Assembly: GCF_036321535.1 (NCBI RefSeq) | Contig: NC_087472.1 | Location: forward strand, 92,320,001 to 92,384,000 | Direction: 5' to 3' | Length of the DNA: 64,000 nucleotides | From: Camelus dromedarius | Taxonomy: Eukaryota | Shown here: positions 41,093-55,200 of the stretch, piece after piece | Layout: each line of letters opens with the position of its first letter | Position numbering within the stretch: the stretch's first letter is position 1 | The notes under the pieces: generated by a model | What the model was told of the DNA's origin: nothing | Databases searched by the model: none | What the model saw: only the letters and a program-made list of their open reading frames with translations | Program-made: the position numbers and the translations under genes

Positions 41093-42290
41093 CTAATCAC
41101 ACTTCTAATAATACTAACAATGTACACGTTGGAAATGAAATTCAAAAGACACTACCATTTACAAACGCACCAAAGAAAATGAAATACTTATGGATAAATT
41201 TCACAAAATGTGCACCTGATTTGTATGCTGAGAACTACAAAATACTGATGAAGAAGTCAAAGAAAGAAATCCTAAATAAATGGAGAAGCTTACATGAAAA
41301 CTTATATGGAGAGGAACAGGCCCTAGAACTGCTAAAAGAATCTTGAAAAAGAAGGATAAAGTGGGAGGGCTCACTCTAACTGACATTTAGTCCTACTATA
41401 TAGCTACACTAACCAAGACAGTAAGAACACAAATCATCCAGTTATAAAATGGGCAGAAGACATAAACAGACATTTCACTGAAAAGTATAGAAAGGTAAAT
41501 CAGCACACAAAAATCCAATATTAGCCATTAGGGATATGCAAATTGAAAATACAATGAGATAACACGATACACCAATGGTTACAATGAAAAACAGTAACCG
41601 TATCAAATGCTGCAAAGATGTGGAGAAACTGGATTACTCACATACTGCAGGTGGGAATGTGGAATGGTATAGCCTCTCTGGAGAATAGGCAATTTCATAT
41701 ATGACTAGACATGCAGCTACTATAAACTCAAATTCATTCTAGGGCATTTATCCCAGATAAATGAAAACTCATGTTCACTAAAAATGTACATGAATATTCA
41801 TAGAAGATTTATTTTCAATACCAAAACCTGGAAACAATACAGACGTCCTTCAAAGAGTAAATAAACACTGTAGTAATGTCCATACCATGGAACACTACTT
41901 AACAGTAAATAAGAACAAACTACGGACACGTACCACAACCTAGGATGGATTGCAAAGGAATTATGTTGAATGAAAAATCCAATTCCAAAAGGTTATATGC
42001 TGTATGATTCCATTCATGTAGCATTCTTGAATTGAAAAAAAAAATCGATATAGAGAACAGATTATTGGTTGCCAGGGGTTTGAGATTGGGGTGGGGAGGC
42101 GGACGTGGACAATAGAAGGGATCCTTGAGGTGATGACATTTTTCTGTGTCTTGAATGTATCATTGTCAACATCCTGTTGTAAGTTTGTACTATAGTTTTG
42201 CAAAAATGATACCACCAAGAAGAACTGGCTAAAGGATTCATGGTATCTCTATACCATTTCTTGCAAAAAAATCTGAATCTACAAAATAAA
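41093..42290 (+). mobile_element. Old L1M (L1MC/MD-like) 3' portion with internal deletions
   Basis: ORF2-like segments (atgctgagaactacaaaatactgatgaaga; aaatgggcagaagacataaacagacatttcact) and an L1MC-type 3'UTR (tgtatgattccatt...ggttgccagggg). Confidence 0.85.
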
Positions 42291-44935
42291 ACTTCAGTCC
42301 AAAATTAGGGAGCTAAACAACTTAGTATGATACCAGTTAGGGGGCATTAAAATGCTTACAAGTGCACCGCTGAGCTCTGCATGTGAAACTATTAGTGGGG
42401 AATAACTCGGAAGAGAGGGATTAAAACATTGGGAGTCAACAGTACAGGAACATTTTATTTTTTAGAAGTAAACTTATTCTTCTAAATGGCAATAAAGAAA
42501 AAGAAAGAAAGGGTTACACAGCTCTCCTTCATTCACTTTTTTGTGTAAAAATAAAATAAACATTCAAGAAGAAAACGGAGTAAAAAAACCAGGTGCTACA
42601 GAACAAAGAATTATGTGGTATTCTTCTATCCAAAATAGCTCTTTATTACAGAAGGGAGTATGAAAGCTCTTGTGCGTTACCCAGACAGTAATCTTAGGCA
42701 TTTCCATTATTTACACCACTTAATTGTCTATATTTAGGTGTAAATCCAAATTAACTGTACATGAAAAGGCTTGTTAAACCTTTTCATTGATAAGTTAATA
42801 CGCAGAACACCTATCAGAAAGACTAGAACCTTTGAGTAGCAGCTAACATTTCCAAACGTCTAAAATTCTTTGTAAGTAGATTATTTAAAAACTAATGGTG
42901 ATGGTTTTGTGGCCTGATAGCTAACAATGGGCCAAAATGTCAGTGACTCAACTACAGCCCTGAGCTCCCTTCACGTCAACACCAAGCCATCCTGTTCAAA
43001 CCGCTGTTTATAATGCTCGCTTTCCAAACTGGAAAAGGGAGCCTTATCAACACTAGCTTCAAATCATTTCGAATACTTGAATTGTAGTGACCAAAGTATC
43101 TTTTCCTGTAGTTTATCACTTTCCTTGGAACATCACTTGACATACAAAATTTTAAGGTGTTTGTCTTTCAGTTTCACCTTCCATTAAAATTGTAGGCACC
43201 TGAACATATGGCAAATGTCATTGTTTTTGAAATGTTTTGACCTTCACTGATTACTGCAACTATGAATTTAGGGACATTTTAGTGCAATTTCTCAGAGTAT
43301 TGGATCCCAGTGTATATTTGAACACATCAAAGAACTGCAACTTCAGTGCTTTAGAAACTCAGATTACTAACGTCAACACATCATTATTTTCCCATCAACA
43401 AGAAATAATGAAATTAAGTGTTAGACTATGGACATTCAGCTCAATTCTAATCTCAGAAAAATGAGGATGTACATTTGCCTGTCTTGAAGAATCACCTCTA
43501 CACATGCATGAACAACCAGAAATAATGATTTTTAAAGAAATGCAGCAGATGTGAAATTGAATCTTATTACTATTAGTCAAGTAAGAAGAGCCCGTCCAAA
43601 CAGTACTCTCTAACTATACTAGTATAGCAATTCTTCATCATGCCCCTACAAAAACCTTACTTCTATTAAGAGTTATGTTTGAATATAAAAAGATTAGATT
43701 TCCTTTTTTAAGGGAAAGAACAAGAGTTGGCAAAAGAACGATAATTTGTTCTTTTATAATTCAATGGACATTTTTCCCAAGCACAACTTTACTTGCATTC
43801 ATTTATATTTTCCAAAATTAACCCTAACTTATATAGTGTCAGTGTTTAAAAAATAGAGTTATGTTTAACTTCCACGTGGCTTTGAACTATTTCAACATCC
43901 TAACACATCTGTAGCCATGACTCTGTGTAAAAGTAATTCTTTCAGGTTAATGGTGACGGGGAGACAGAAACCTTATGATAGAGGAGTAAGAGCAGCAGAT
44001 GAGAATTTCAGAGGCGGAAGTCAAATTTTGATTTGAAAAAGACAGTAGGTGATTCTGAGACTTTCTCCAAATGGAGAATCCACTGCTTTAGATTTGGCTT
44101 TATTTATCTTAATAAGCCAAAATACAGAGAGACAAAGAAATAGATTTAAACACACCTTGTATATGCCTATGCCCTGCTTTGCAAATGTTCTATAGTTTGG
44201 CGCCATCCACAATACTCATGCAGGGTGTGATACACGGTCCGTGACAGGTTAAATGCTGAAACTGAGATTTTTTAACCACTAATGTGTTATGTGGATATTG
44301 TTTCAGTGCATTATCATTAAAAGCAAATGTACACATGTCTCTTCAAAAGCAGACAAAGATATGTCGATGTATGATGAATTCCTTTGTGGATTAAGGGCAC
44401 AGACTTTGTTATTAACTTTTGTAATGGCCCGAAGGGACCCCAGAAATGTTTGTATTGACTCAGCACTCCTGGTTAACAAAATGATATGGAACGCAGCCTT
44501 CACATTCCCTAACACGGCAAGGCTGCTTTCTTCATCCTGTGCACATACACACGTTACCTAAATCATCTTTGCAGATGTGTGTGAACCAGAGGTGTCTGTG
44601 CTCTATCTGCCTGTGAAGGGCAATAACAAAATGTTACAACCCATCTAGCAATAAACTATGCATCCTTTCTGCAAGTCTTTGCTTACATTTTATTTGCAAC
44701 ATTTCACCTCCTCTATAAATTTTATTTCATAGTCTTTAGTAATTTCTGGCAATATAAGTAGATACCCAGATGGTATCTCTTTTTTCCATAAGCCAGAAAT
44801 AATGCCTCAATATAAATTCCAATCCCACCTTTTTATGATTTAGATTCTAAATTTTAGAAAGCAGCAACACACACAAATATTGAGACAATACCTTTAGGTG
44901 AAAGAGATAGCAAAATTTAGGATAAGAAAGCACTA

Positions 44936-45262
<327 letters not shown>

Positions 45263-45266
45263 TCAA

Positions 45267-45268
<2 letters not shown>

Positions 45269-45298
<30 letters not shown>
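45269..45298 (-). repeat. (TC)15 microsatellite serving as the polypyrimidine tract of the IL1RAPL1 exon acceptor
   Basis: Minus strand reads (CT)15-ATTTGAATTATAG|exon. Confidence 0.9.
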
Positions 45299-45302
<4 letters not shown>

Positions 45303-45514
45303 TATTAGAAAAAATGGAAGCAATTAGTTCATTCATTCATTTATTCATTCAACAATTTTTATCGAGCATCTATATTGGACAAGATTCTTCTCCAGGCACA
45401 GAGAGCGCAGCAGTGGATAAAACTCAGAAGGGCACTGAAAAGGAATCTACATTACTAACAATATATTCATCACTTCCTTTTCTTCTGCTGCTACTTATTC
45501 TTGGTTTATATCAG

Positions 45515-46582
45515 TGTGATGGTTATTGGTGTACTGCCTTTCCACCTTAAATCCACCTGTTTGCCTGTTCTTCGAAAATAGGTCTAGACTTTTGAAATAG
45601 TTTTCCTTTGCTAGCTGGCCCTGAAGATTTGTTAGTAAAGGGTGCTGAAGAGAGAGTGCAAAGGGAAAGGTTTTGCTCCCTGGTTCCAGTATGCTTGCTT
45701 GGAAGGCCCTTCTCCGGCATTTGGATCCCGCAGTGGGTACTTCTCCAGTACCCCAGTCCTGCAGTGCATGGGAATAGCTTGGGAATTTTTTAGCAGAACT
45801 TCAGGTAAGACACCTTCCTATGAACAGCTTTCCCAGCTACCTTAGGAGGGCAAGTCTCTGTCAAATTGCAGAGGGGAGACATTCAACATAATCTACCAGT
45901 GTGGTATCTCAGTGGCTTCTGACCTTCAATAAGCCAGGTACTTTCCCAATGAGGTTTGGGTCTCACTCTGGGAATGGGAGGATGGTAGCTCTTCCTCAGG
46001 TGCTCCATCTCAGTTAGGGGTAATGGCAGCCATTCCTCTATTCTTTAGACTTATCTTTTGCTATGGACTGAATGACTGTATCCTCCTAAAATTTCTATGT
46101 TGAAGCCTTAATCCTAAAAGTAATGGTGTTTGGAGGAGGGGGCCTTTGGGAGATAATTAGGTTTGTATGAGGTCATGAGGACAGAACCCTCATGAAGAGA
46201 GTAGTGCTCTTGTAAGAAGAGACACCAGAGCTTGCAATCTCTCTCTCTCCTTCCGCATGCTTACAAACAAGAGGCCATGTGAGCACACAGTGAGAAGGTG
46301 GCCATCTGTAAGCCAAGAAGAGGGCCCTCCCCAGAAACCAAATCAGCCAGCACCTCGATCATGGACTTCTCAGCCTCTAGAACTGTCAGTAATACATTTC
46401 TGCTGTGTAGGCCCCCCAGTTTATGGTATTTTGTTATGTCAGCTGAGCAGACTAATACATCTTTCTTACTAGTCAATCCTTCATTAATCCAATACCCCAT
46501 TACATCTTTAAAATATTTATATAAACTTTCCTTGGTCAAATTAGCATATATTTTCCTCCCTGGCTGGACCTACACTGATAAA
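45515..46582 (+). mobile_element. ERVL LTR (LTR33-like), interrupted by the MLT1A element
   Basis: taaatccacc...tttcctttgctagctggc...agtaaagggtgctg start and aactttccttggtcaaatt...tggacctacactgata end. Confidence 0.75.
46059..46459 (+). mobile_element. MaLR solo LTR (MLT1A/A0-like)
   Basis: TGCTATGGACTGAATG...GACTAATACA termini; perfect 5-bp TSD TCTTT (46054-46058 and 46460-46464). Confidence 0.92.
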
Positions 46583-47399
46583 ATGAAGAAAAAGTATTGT
46601 ACAGCCAAACAAGGCAGACAGAAATAAAACAAAAGGGGGTCACGCTCTGGCAGTGGTTTCACAGCCAGAGATAGAGGCAGATGGTTACTTCGCTCTGATT
46701 TCTAGAAGCATCAGGGTCAAATGTAAAGTAGAAACCATGGAGGGAAATGGGACTGATCGGGTGGGGACTGGCTGGGTTTTCTGGGTTTCCTGGAAGCATC
46801 ATCTTCCAAATGGCATCTTGGCACCATTTTTATTACCTCATTCCTCTGTGCATTAGCATATGTACGCGCACACATATAAACACAGACAAAATGACAGGTC
46901 ATCACAGAGCACATACATCACTATTATTATTATCATGGATAAGTTGGGGATTTCCTGCTGAGAGAGGGCAGCTGCCCAACACCTAGCAAGATAATCAGTA
47001 TGACACAGTTCACAGTACATAAGTGCTGAGCAAAAGGGCAAAAACCAAGAAAAGAGGACCTCTAAAAGCTGTAGCATCTGAGTACTGCAAGCAGGGTTTA
47101 ACTCACTAGAGATTAAAAAGAAGGCAACTTGAAAGATCTGAGAACAGGAAAAATAATGTAGAATTCAAAAGAAGGTAAACGATCAACATGAAAAAGAAGA
47201 TAAATATTAGAGAGAAAATGGCACATAATTTATGGAATTAGCTAAATTTCTTATCTTAAAATAATATCTAACATCTGATGAGGACTTAATTCTGTGCTGA
47301 GTTTACAAATTTTCATTTACCTTTCACAAAAACATCCATTTAGGCTTTGACCATTGTCCCCTCTACACAGGACCATTCTCACCAACCAACCGCATGCCC

Positions 47400-47714
47400 T
47401 TCTTCCTCCCTTCCTCCAAATGTCACCTCCTCCAAGAGTCCTTTTCTAACTGCCCTGCCTGAAACATCACCATCCTATCCTAGTCACTTGATCCAGATTC
47501 TTCTTTAATACTTTTCACAGGACTTGCTACTGTCTGATGTGACATTATGCACCCACTTTTTATTTGCTTTCTGTCTCCCTAACAGAATGTAAGCCTCTTA
47601 AGGTCAGGAACTTGGTCTCTCTAATTCACTTCTTTAGCCCCAGTGCCTAGAACTGTGCTTGCTAAGCACCTCAACACACATCTACTGAACTAACAAATGA
47701 ATGAATGAATGAAT
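47400..47714 (+). mobile_element. L2a-like 3' end
   Basis: aaatgtcacctcctcc...agaatgtaagc...cagtgcctagaac...(TGAA)n tail. Confidence 0.85.
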
Positions 47715-49165
47715 TCTTGGGTAAATAAACAAATTAATGGCTAAACTTTACAACTGAAGAAACTCAACACCAGCTAACATGTGGAAGTGCTGGCACTCTC
47801 AGCCAGCTACATCTGACCCTAGAATCTATTCTCCCTACCACCAGAGTAATCTGTTTCCTAAGTAATTGAAATCTTCCTATTAAAGAACCTTGTTGACGTA
47901 CTGCCTAGAGTAAATATGCTGGAAGCTTGGTGGACATCATCCATGTCTGAGTTACTACCACCATCCCTGTCAATGACTGCTGCAGGGATGGCACACCACA
48001 CTAAATAGAATGACAGAACTGTACACAAACAGAGATGTCAAGGTTATGTAATGATATGCAGTATTTATCAACACAACTTTGTACACTTGTCCTATCGCAT
48101 GAAGTGAATCCTTGGTGGGATTTTATTTTAAACAGTTATAGTTCTGGTGATAAGCAGGAAATTATCTTGTTTCACCACTATATGAATTACAATTCTAGAA
48201 TTACGTTATTATAACTGAGATCATCTGTCATAGAGGATATCACTTCCAGTGCAAAAGGTTGAAACAACCTTCAAGGTAGCAGTATAAACAGTTAGATGAA
48301 ATTATTCAAACTCTCAAAAGATTTGTAAGGTAAAGCAAAATGCTTGAGGCTAAAAGCAGAAATATTTAGCCTAGGAATTTCTAAAAAGTTACTAACAAAT
48401 TAGATCAAGAGAACAGAAGGATAGTTGTGTTGGGGGCAGATAGAGATACTAATGCACACTTTTAGAATATCCTTACTGAGAATAATGTGGAAAGAAAACC
48501 ACAAATATTACTGAAAATTAGAGTTATTTAGTACTTAACTATCAATCAAGGAAAAAAGTTTCAAACCGCTGAGTCACATGCCAAGCAAAAGGTAGTGGTG
48601 AAATGAAGAAATAACAGCACCTTGGATATCAGAGACACTTTATGTTCATTTTAATATGAAAATAAGGTGTAGGATCTGTGAGTTAGGAAGTTTTATTACC
48701 ATTAAACTAAATGTATGATATTCAAAAATAACTATAAAATTATTAACATGTTAATACTTTTTGGGGAAAAGGTGGTAAATAATATAAAGAACAATTCAAG
48801 ATATTTTCCAATTATTTTGATAAACATATTTAAATAAATAATGGATTTAAATCTTTTTTCAATAATTAAAGCATTGGACTGAATGAAATAAGGAGTGATA
48901 CTTTTTCCTTTTTTTAACATTTTGCTTCATTTGCACACACTCTCACTCTGAGTGTATCACATTTTTTTCCTAAACCATTTGAAAATAAATTAAAATGGAG
49001 ACATAATGACACTTCACTCCTAAATGTGTATCCTAAAGTCTGTATCTCTTTATAAAAAAGGACATTTTCCTAATATAACCAGAATGTTGTTATTGTTGTT
49101 TAATCTTGTTGAGCAGGACAACTCAAATTTTAAAAGAAAATGTGATAACTTAAAGCCTAACTCTT

Positions 49166-49409
49166 AGTGGGGAGGGGGTGGGAAGGGATAAACTGGGAAT
49201 TCAAGATTTGCAGATACTGACTGGTATATATAAAATAGATAAACAAGTTTATACTGCATAGCACAGGGAACTGTATTCAATATCTTGTAGTAGATCACGG
49301 TGAAAAAGAATATGAAAATGAATATATGTATATTCATGTATGACTGAAGCACTGTGCTGTACACCAGAAACTGACACAACATTGTAAACTGACTATACCT
49401 CAATAAAAA
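49166..49409 (+). mobile_element. 5'-truncated L1 3'UTR of the same young lineage
   Basis: Homologous to 13560-13800. TSD AAAGCCTAACTCTT (49152-49165) versus AAAACCTAAATCTT (49410-49423); TT/AAAG target site. Confidence 0.93.
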
Positions 49410-50984
49410 AAAACCTAAATCTTGATGACCAGAATTGCTATTGACATGTTTAGTTTTTTCTTACTTCAGAATACAAGCTCTGCTGGCTTGAAAACAGTCA
49501 TTCCAAACCAACATATTTCATTTTTTTAGACACTGCTAATTACACTATATAAGTTATCAGGTAACCTTTATTATTTTTTAATTATCATTGAGTAATTATA
49601 TAGGACAACAGTATTTAATCAATTTTTCTGTCTGAGAATAAAATACCCTTCTATAAGCCCCTCTCAAAAAGGTGAGTGACTGAACACAAGCATCTAGGGA
49701 GAGGAATGATGTTAGTTTACTCTGAAACTCATACCTTTTGTCATAGACTGAAATATCTTTCCCCGGCAACAACAACAAAAATCAACCATTCCTGTTAAGT
49801 GGCAGGGTCTTGGAAACGTTTTTATGTTTTCACTTAAAAATTTTAGGCAGTGAAAATACAGTGAATTCTTAAATAGCTCACAGACCTAAAATGTATGCAT
49901 TAACATATTCATATTCATACTCTTTTCAAAACTTGCAAAGGTTAAAAATAAATATCTGGTATATTGGCATCATTGGTCTCTACCCCTAGCGTGCTTGGAA
50001 AAGGCGAACTTAATACATGACGGAGGTTAGGGACTGTAGGCCATGTATATTAGCTATCACAGACAGGGAACAAAAAGGCTGAGGCTAGATTCTAATGAGG
50101 TGAATTCTGCTCTTTATCTGCACTGGCTGCTATTCTTTCCAAATAGGAACTTCATAAATGAAAATTGGCAGTGCTGGAATCCTTCTAAGGAGGATACAGA
50201 GATCTACCAAAGTTATCAGCAACAACGAGAACAGCAAAATAAGACATAAGTTAACCTTTATAGTATACATTGGTTCACACACACTGTCTTCATCTCTACT
50301 TCCTAAATTATGTTTATCTGAGGTGGAATGTTGCCAGATTTCTGCCTTTAAAAATATATGTAATGTAACAATTTTGGAAGATTACTTCCAAACATTTTGG
50401 AGAGATTTATTGGTTGCATGAGTCAGTTCTACTTTTACATTTTTATGTCATGTGGCACTTCTTGTAGACTTTTGGACCTATTTCTGAGCAATCTCATCTG
50501 TAGAGTGAGAAAAAAAAATCAGCCTTGAGTGCCAAATAGAGCTCAGCAAGGCCTTGAGAAATGGACAGTTAACTACTCTGTACCTTAGTTTACATCACTC
50601 ATTCATTTATCCAACACTCACTGTAGGATAGGGAACATTCTAGGTACTGAGTGTACACAGGGGACTGAAAGGAGTTCTAGCTCTCACAGAGAAGACAGAC
50701 AAAACCCATAGAAACAGAATGCATCAGGAAGCAAAAATAAAACATGTTAAGGGGCTAGAATGCCTGCAGTGCTCTCAATATGGTGGCCAGAGACAGGTAG
50801 TTAGAAGAGTGAACATTAGAACACAGAGTAAACTGGGCAAATGTGTGGGACAGCAGGGTTCAAAACAAAGGTCCTGAGATGGGAATGGACTGGATATGTT
50901 TAAGGGACAGCAGAAAGGCTGCGATAGTTGGAAGAAGTGAGTTGGGGAGGGACTGGCCTGATCCTCTAGGGCCTTTCCTTATCT

Positions 50985-51160
50985 GTAAAGATCATTGTTT
51001 GTGTCTCTTATCTTCTTGTAAGTGCAGCAGTAATATTGGATGTAGGGGGCATCATATTCCAATAGGACATCTTAACTAATTACATCTGCAGAGACTCTAT
51101 TTTCAAATAAGGTCGCATTTGAGACTCCAGGAAGGGCATTAATTAGCGGGGGGGGGGGGG
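50985..51160 (-). mobile_element. MLT1B/C-like LTR fragment ending in G13
   Basis: catcttaactaattacatctgcagagactctattttcaaataaggtc. Confidence 0.7.
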
Positions 51161-52032
51161 ATTCGGTACGCATTTGGGTCCAGGTTGGTAAGTGGATGGG
51201 CTTTTCTGGATAAGCAAATGAGTTGGTAAAGACAAGAGTGGCATGTGCTCCATATTAAGATAGAGAACAAAACACCTAATGAAATCCTTCTTAATTTAAT
51301 CAGAAGGAGCTCTGGGCTCTATATGTGACAGATTCACCACACAAAAAAATTATTATTTTTCATTCTCCTTGTGGACATGCTTGTTAGTAAACACAGACTT
51401 GGGAAGTATATGTAAGAATAGTAGAGGGTGTTATATGACCTCTGGACAAACCAGACCCAAGTTCAAATGTCAGCCAACATCAAGTTCAATCAAGTCTCTA
51501 AAGCTCTCAGGGCCTTCGTGTGCATGTTGAAAAATCAGCTTTGTGGGGTTGTTCTGGTATTGATAAAGGAAATTTTCCTGTGCCTTGGATTTGTGCTTGT
51601 GTCTGCTGTATGCCCTGGGGGAGTGATGGAGAGCAGAGAGTGAATAGTCAGAGCCCCAGAAGAAAAAGCCAGAGCAGAAATTCCATGAGTAAAGACAGCA
51701 TTGCTGAGGAAACAGAGCAAGAGGTTTGTTCTGTCTCAACACAGAACTCTTTTTTTTTTTCAAGTAAACTAATGGAGCAGAGATATAACTGGGAAGATCA
51801 AAAAGAATTTAAGAAACAGGTGGAATTTAAATTGTACCTCAATTCAAAACTTGTTCATTGGAATGAGAAAATCCCAAGTCAGTGGGATATACCATTTTGA
51901 TAGCACAGTAAAGGGTAAGGTTCTGAAACAGTGGGATGGGGAGGGGACAAAAACATAACCAGTTAAAAATAAGATCAGAAAAGTGGGTTTGATAAGACAC
52001 CAGGCCAAGAAAGCTGAACTTAAACCCATATC

Positions 52033-52210
52033 CAAATAGTTTACAAATTTTAGTGTGTATCAGAATCATCTGGAAGAGTTGTTAAAAGACAGATCTTTTG
52101 GCTTTACCATCAGAGTTGCAGATTCAGAAGGTGTTGGCTGGGACCTAAGAATCGGCATTTCTAAAAAGTCCCAGGTGATGGTTCTGCAATGACAGTTTTG
52201 AGAAGCACTG
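52033..52210. mobile_element. MER5A-like MITE (similar copies at ~5205-5335, ~16730-16850, ~29550-29740, ~39288-39428)
   Basis: tatcagaatcatctggaagagttgttaaaagacagat...cagattcagaaggt...gcatttctaaaaagtcccaggtgatg...tttgagaagcactg. Confidence 0.8.
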
Positions 52211-55200
52211 CTCTCATCAGCTGTAGACAGTGGAACATGTATGTGAAGGAAGTGGTATCATCTGATTTACATTTTAGGAAGATCACTCTAGTGGAAGGAG
52301 ATAGGAGCAAGAGACCACTTAGAAAGCTCTTGAAATAGTAGAGATGAAGTAAGGAAGTGGGGGAAATTGTGGAGGTGGAATCAACAGTATGGTGAGACGG
52401 ATCAGACAGGAGAGATGAGAGAAAGGAGGAATCAAGGATGAAGCTGAGGTCTCAACCCAGGATTTTTGAGAAGATTGTGACATCATTAATGGAAATAGGA
52501 GCACAATTAGGTTCAAGGTGGCAGATAATTAAGTGTGCTTGGAGGAGAAAACTCATTTGTTGTCTTATAGCACATTATCTGCCTTTGTCACAGGTGTTTA
52601 TACAGCAGAACGTATTGCTTGCATTGTCTAGTATTTGCAACAAAAGCACCTCTGTGCATCCTTTTCATATTGTGAGCTCTGCTGGGCATTAGAGTCCCCT
52701 AGAGTTAGAGAAAAATTCAACGGAAATGGGAATGAAGTCTGTTGTGTATTTTAATATGCATTTGCTTTCCTATGAATAATACCACAGAGACTAATTGTCT
52801 GTTTGATTAACTTCTTGCAGAGATCGTGGGGGAAAATTAAACACACACAGTTTGTGTATTGCTCCTTCAAGTGAATTTCTAAGTGAGAATTTTAAAAAAG
52901 GTTAGAGCCATTTTTTCAGTGATGCTGAGTCTATTTTTATCACTGTAGAAGTCTAGTGAAAATACATAATGTGTTGTACACATATTAGCTTTACAAACAA
53001 CTGTTTGGGCATCTAGCAGCATTTGTATGTGCAATCATATATCTATTACGATGGGAATCTACTGACACTGCATTTTGTTCAAGATATTATAAACAAGTAT
53101 CTGTGCATGTCTTGCATGATCTTTGTTTCTCATTTTTGTCATGTGTGTAAAAACAGCAGTTCATTTTATGTGTGTAGAATTCCTTCATTTACATAGTATT
53201 TTCATAAACACTACCCCACTGCAACAAGGAAAAAAGTGGTTATAAATTCAGAAAAAACTCATGGGTAATTTTTTGTATTTTTTCATGTGGACCTAGCAGA
53301 ACAGAACAGAAAAAATTAAGTCAAGTATAGAAGGTCTCCTTTAACTTAAAACTCTGCTTTCTGGAGGTTTTGTTGACATGCTCTCAGGTATTCTTGAAAT
53401 AATCAAAGCAAGTAGAAATCCATCTTAGACAGTAGAAAATTACATTGATACAGATTTTGTTATTTTTGGTTTTGTTTTCTGCTATCTTTGTGAGTGTAGC
53501 CTTTGGGTGTGGGGTAAATTCACATCCATTTTTGAGGGCTGATAAATTAGAGAGGATGCACTTATGTGAAAAACTGTACTGGATAGTTGTCAATATGGAC
53601 ATCTACTAAATTCAAAGCAAACTGAAGTCATTTCAGTGTTACTTAGCAATTTAAAGATCCTTAAGTGAGATTATCTTCATAGTCTCTTCATCAATACTGA
53701 CTAAACTCAGAACTAGAGGAATCTTCGGGCCCAGCAGATGGTACCCCATGATAATGTTTATTGCAGTTAGTTATTATTATTTACATGAAAGTTTAAATTC
53801 TCAGGGAATGGCAGTTTGCTTTTTATGCAGTTAACTAGCACATACTTTTAAAGAGGAACATATAGCATATAACTTTTCATAATTCATCCAGCTCAATATT
53901 CCTTCTTTGGCTGCTGTACCAAAAGCCGTAGCTAGGTTTCCTTTTGTATCTCTCAAAGGTTAAAAACCTAGGCCCTTAGTACTTGTCATTTAATATGTTT
54001 CAAACAGAAAATACTTAAATTTGGTGAGGGGAGGAATGATTTTACAGTATTTACTCTGAGCCACCTCTGGAAGGAGGCATTCACTGATTCATGCTTCATT
54101 TCAACAAATATGTATGGAGAACCTGCTATCTCAGGGACTGCTAGGGTTGGGATGAAGCATTTGGTTATCTCACTGCATATCACAGTAAGCAGGGTTCCCA
54201 TCCTTTATTCTAAACTTACAGCTTACATTGTTTCCATTGTACTGTCATGGGTAAGATGGGAGAATGTGTCTCTGACTTTACTTTTTCAATCTAGCATTCA
54301 TGGATATTTTCAAAGCTAAACAAGGCAGTGCTGTGGGTCCCTTTTAGTGATCATTCGTTAATGTGCTTTTTAAAATATTTTTCTCTTTTATTGTTCCCCA
54401 GTTTTCCAAGGCAAGTGCCTGTCTTTGTATTTGACAGCAAGGACCACACTGGCCTATACAGAGACCCAGTTGGGTACCATGCAATTATGAGAAATAAATA
54501 TTTACTGTGAAATGTATCAAGCTGGTACATTCTCTTTCTTTATTTCCATTACTGTACCATGAAAATAGTCAATCACATATTCTTTTATTCTATAAATTGG
54601 AAAATACTGAATAATTCAACAGCTGTGAAATTTCAGAACTTCATTCAATGGAGTAGCTGTAGTCCCTGATCTCTATTTTAATATGCTGCCAGTTACTGCA
54701 AGTCATAATAGCACAATACAGGGTCCGGGATGAATTATCACTCACTCAGTTGTTTCCTTGAATTGCTTCGGGGTATGAAGTAAACTACACTACATCACTG
54801 TCCTCATAATGAGATCGTTCTGCTAGATAAACAAGCTCCCCGCAGGCCCTACCTGCTGATAGGACCCAGTGAACCAAATATTTAGCACTTCACAGAGGCT
54901 CCTCCCTGCCATTCTTCAATATTGTGTGCATTATTTTCAAGAGAAAATTTGATGCAAAGAAGGAGAAAATTGAACTACTGACTCCTGGGTCCATTGCTAC
55001 AACCTGGTTTGGTAACAAAGATTCAATTCAATTTCTGGGTCTTGTGAGATAATAGAAGTTTCAAAGTTTCCAATGAGATCGTCGAAATTTAAATTCATGT
55101 TCTATCTGTACAATTTACACAAAGCATTTGGTGAAACCAGTCTGCCCAAGGAAACCACCGAAACAAAGCATGGAGATAAAACAGTACTTGTTCATTTGCT

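Noticed and set aside
39657..42290. Minus-strand L1 5' end next to a plus-strand L1 3' part as a single twin-primed inversion
   Set aside because: About 350 bp of unrelated, partly L2-like sequence separates them, the breakpoints are far apart in L1 coordinates, and I found no shared TSD.
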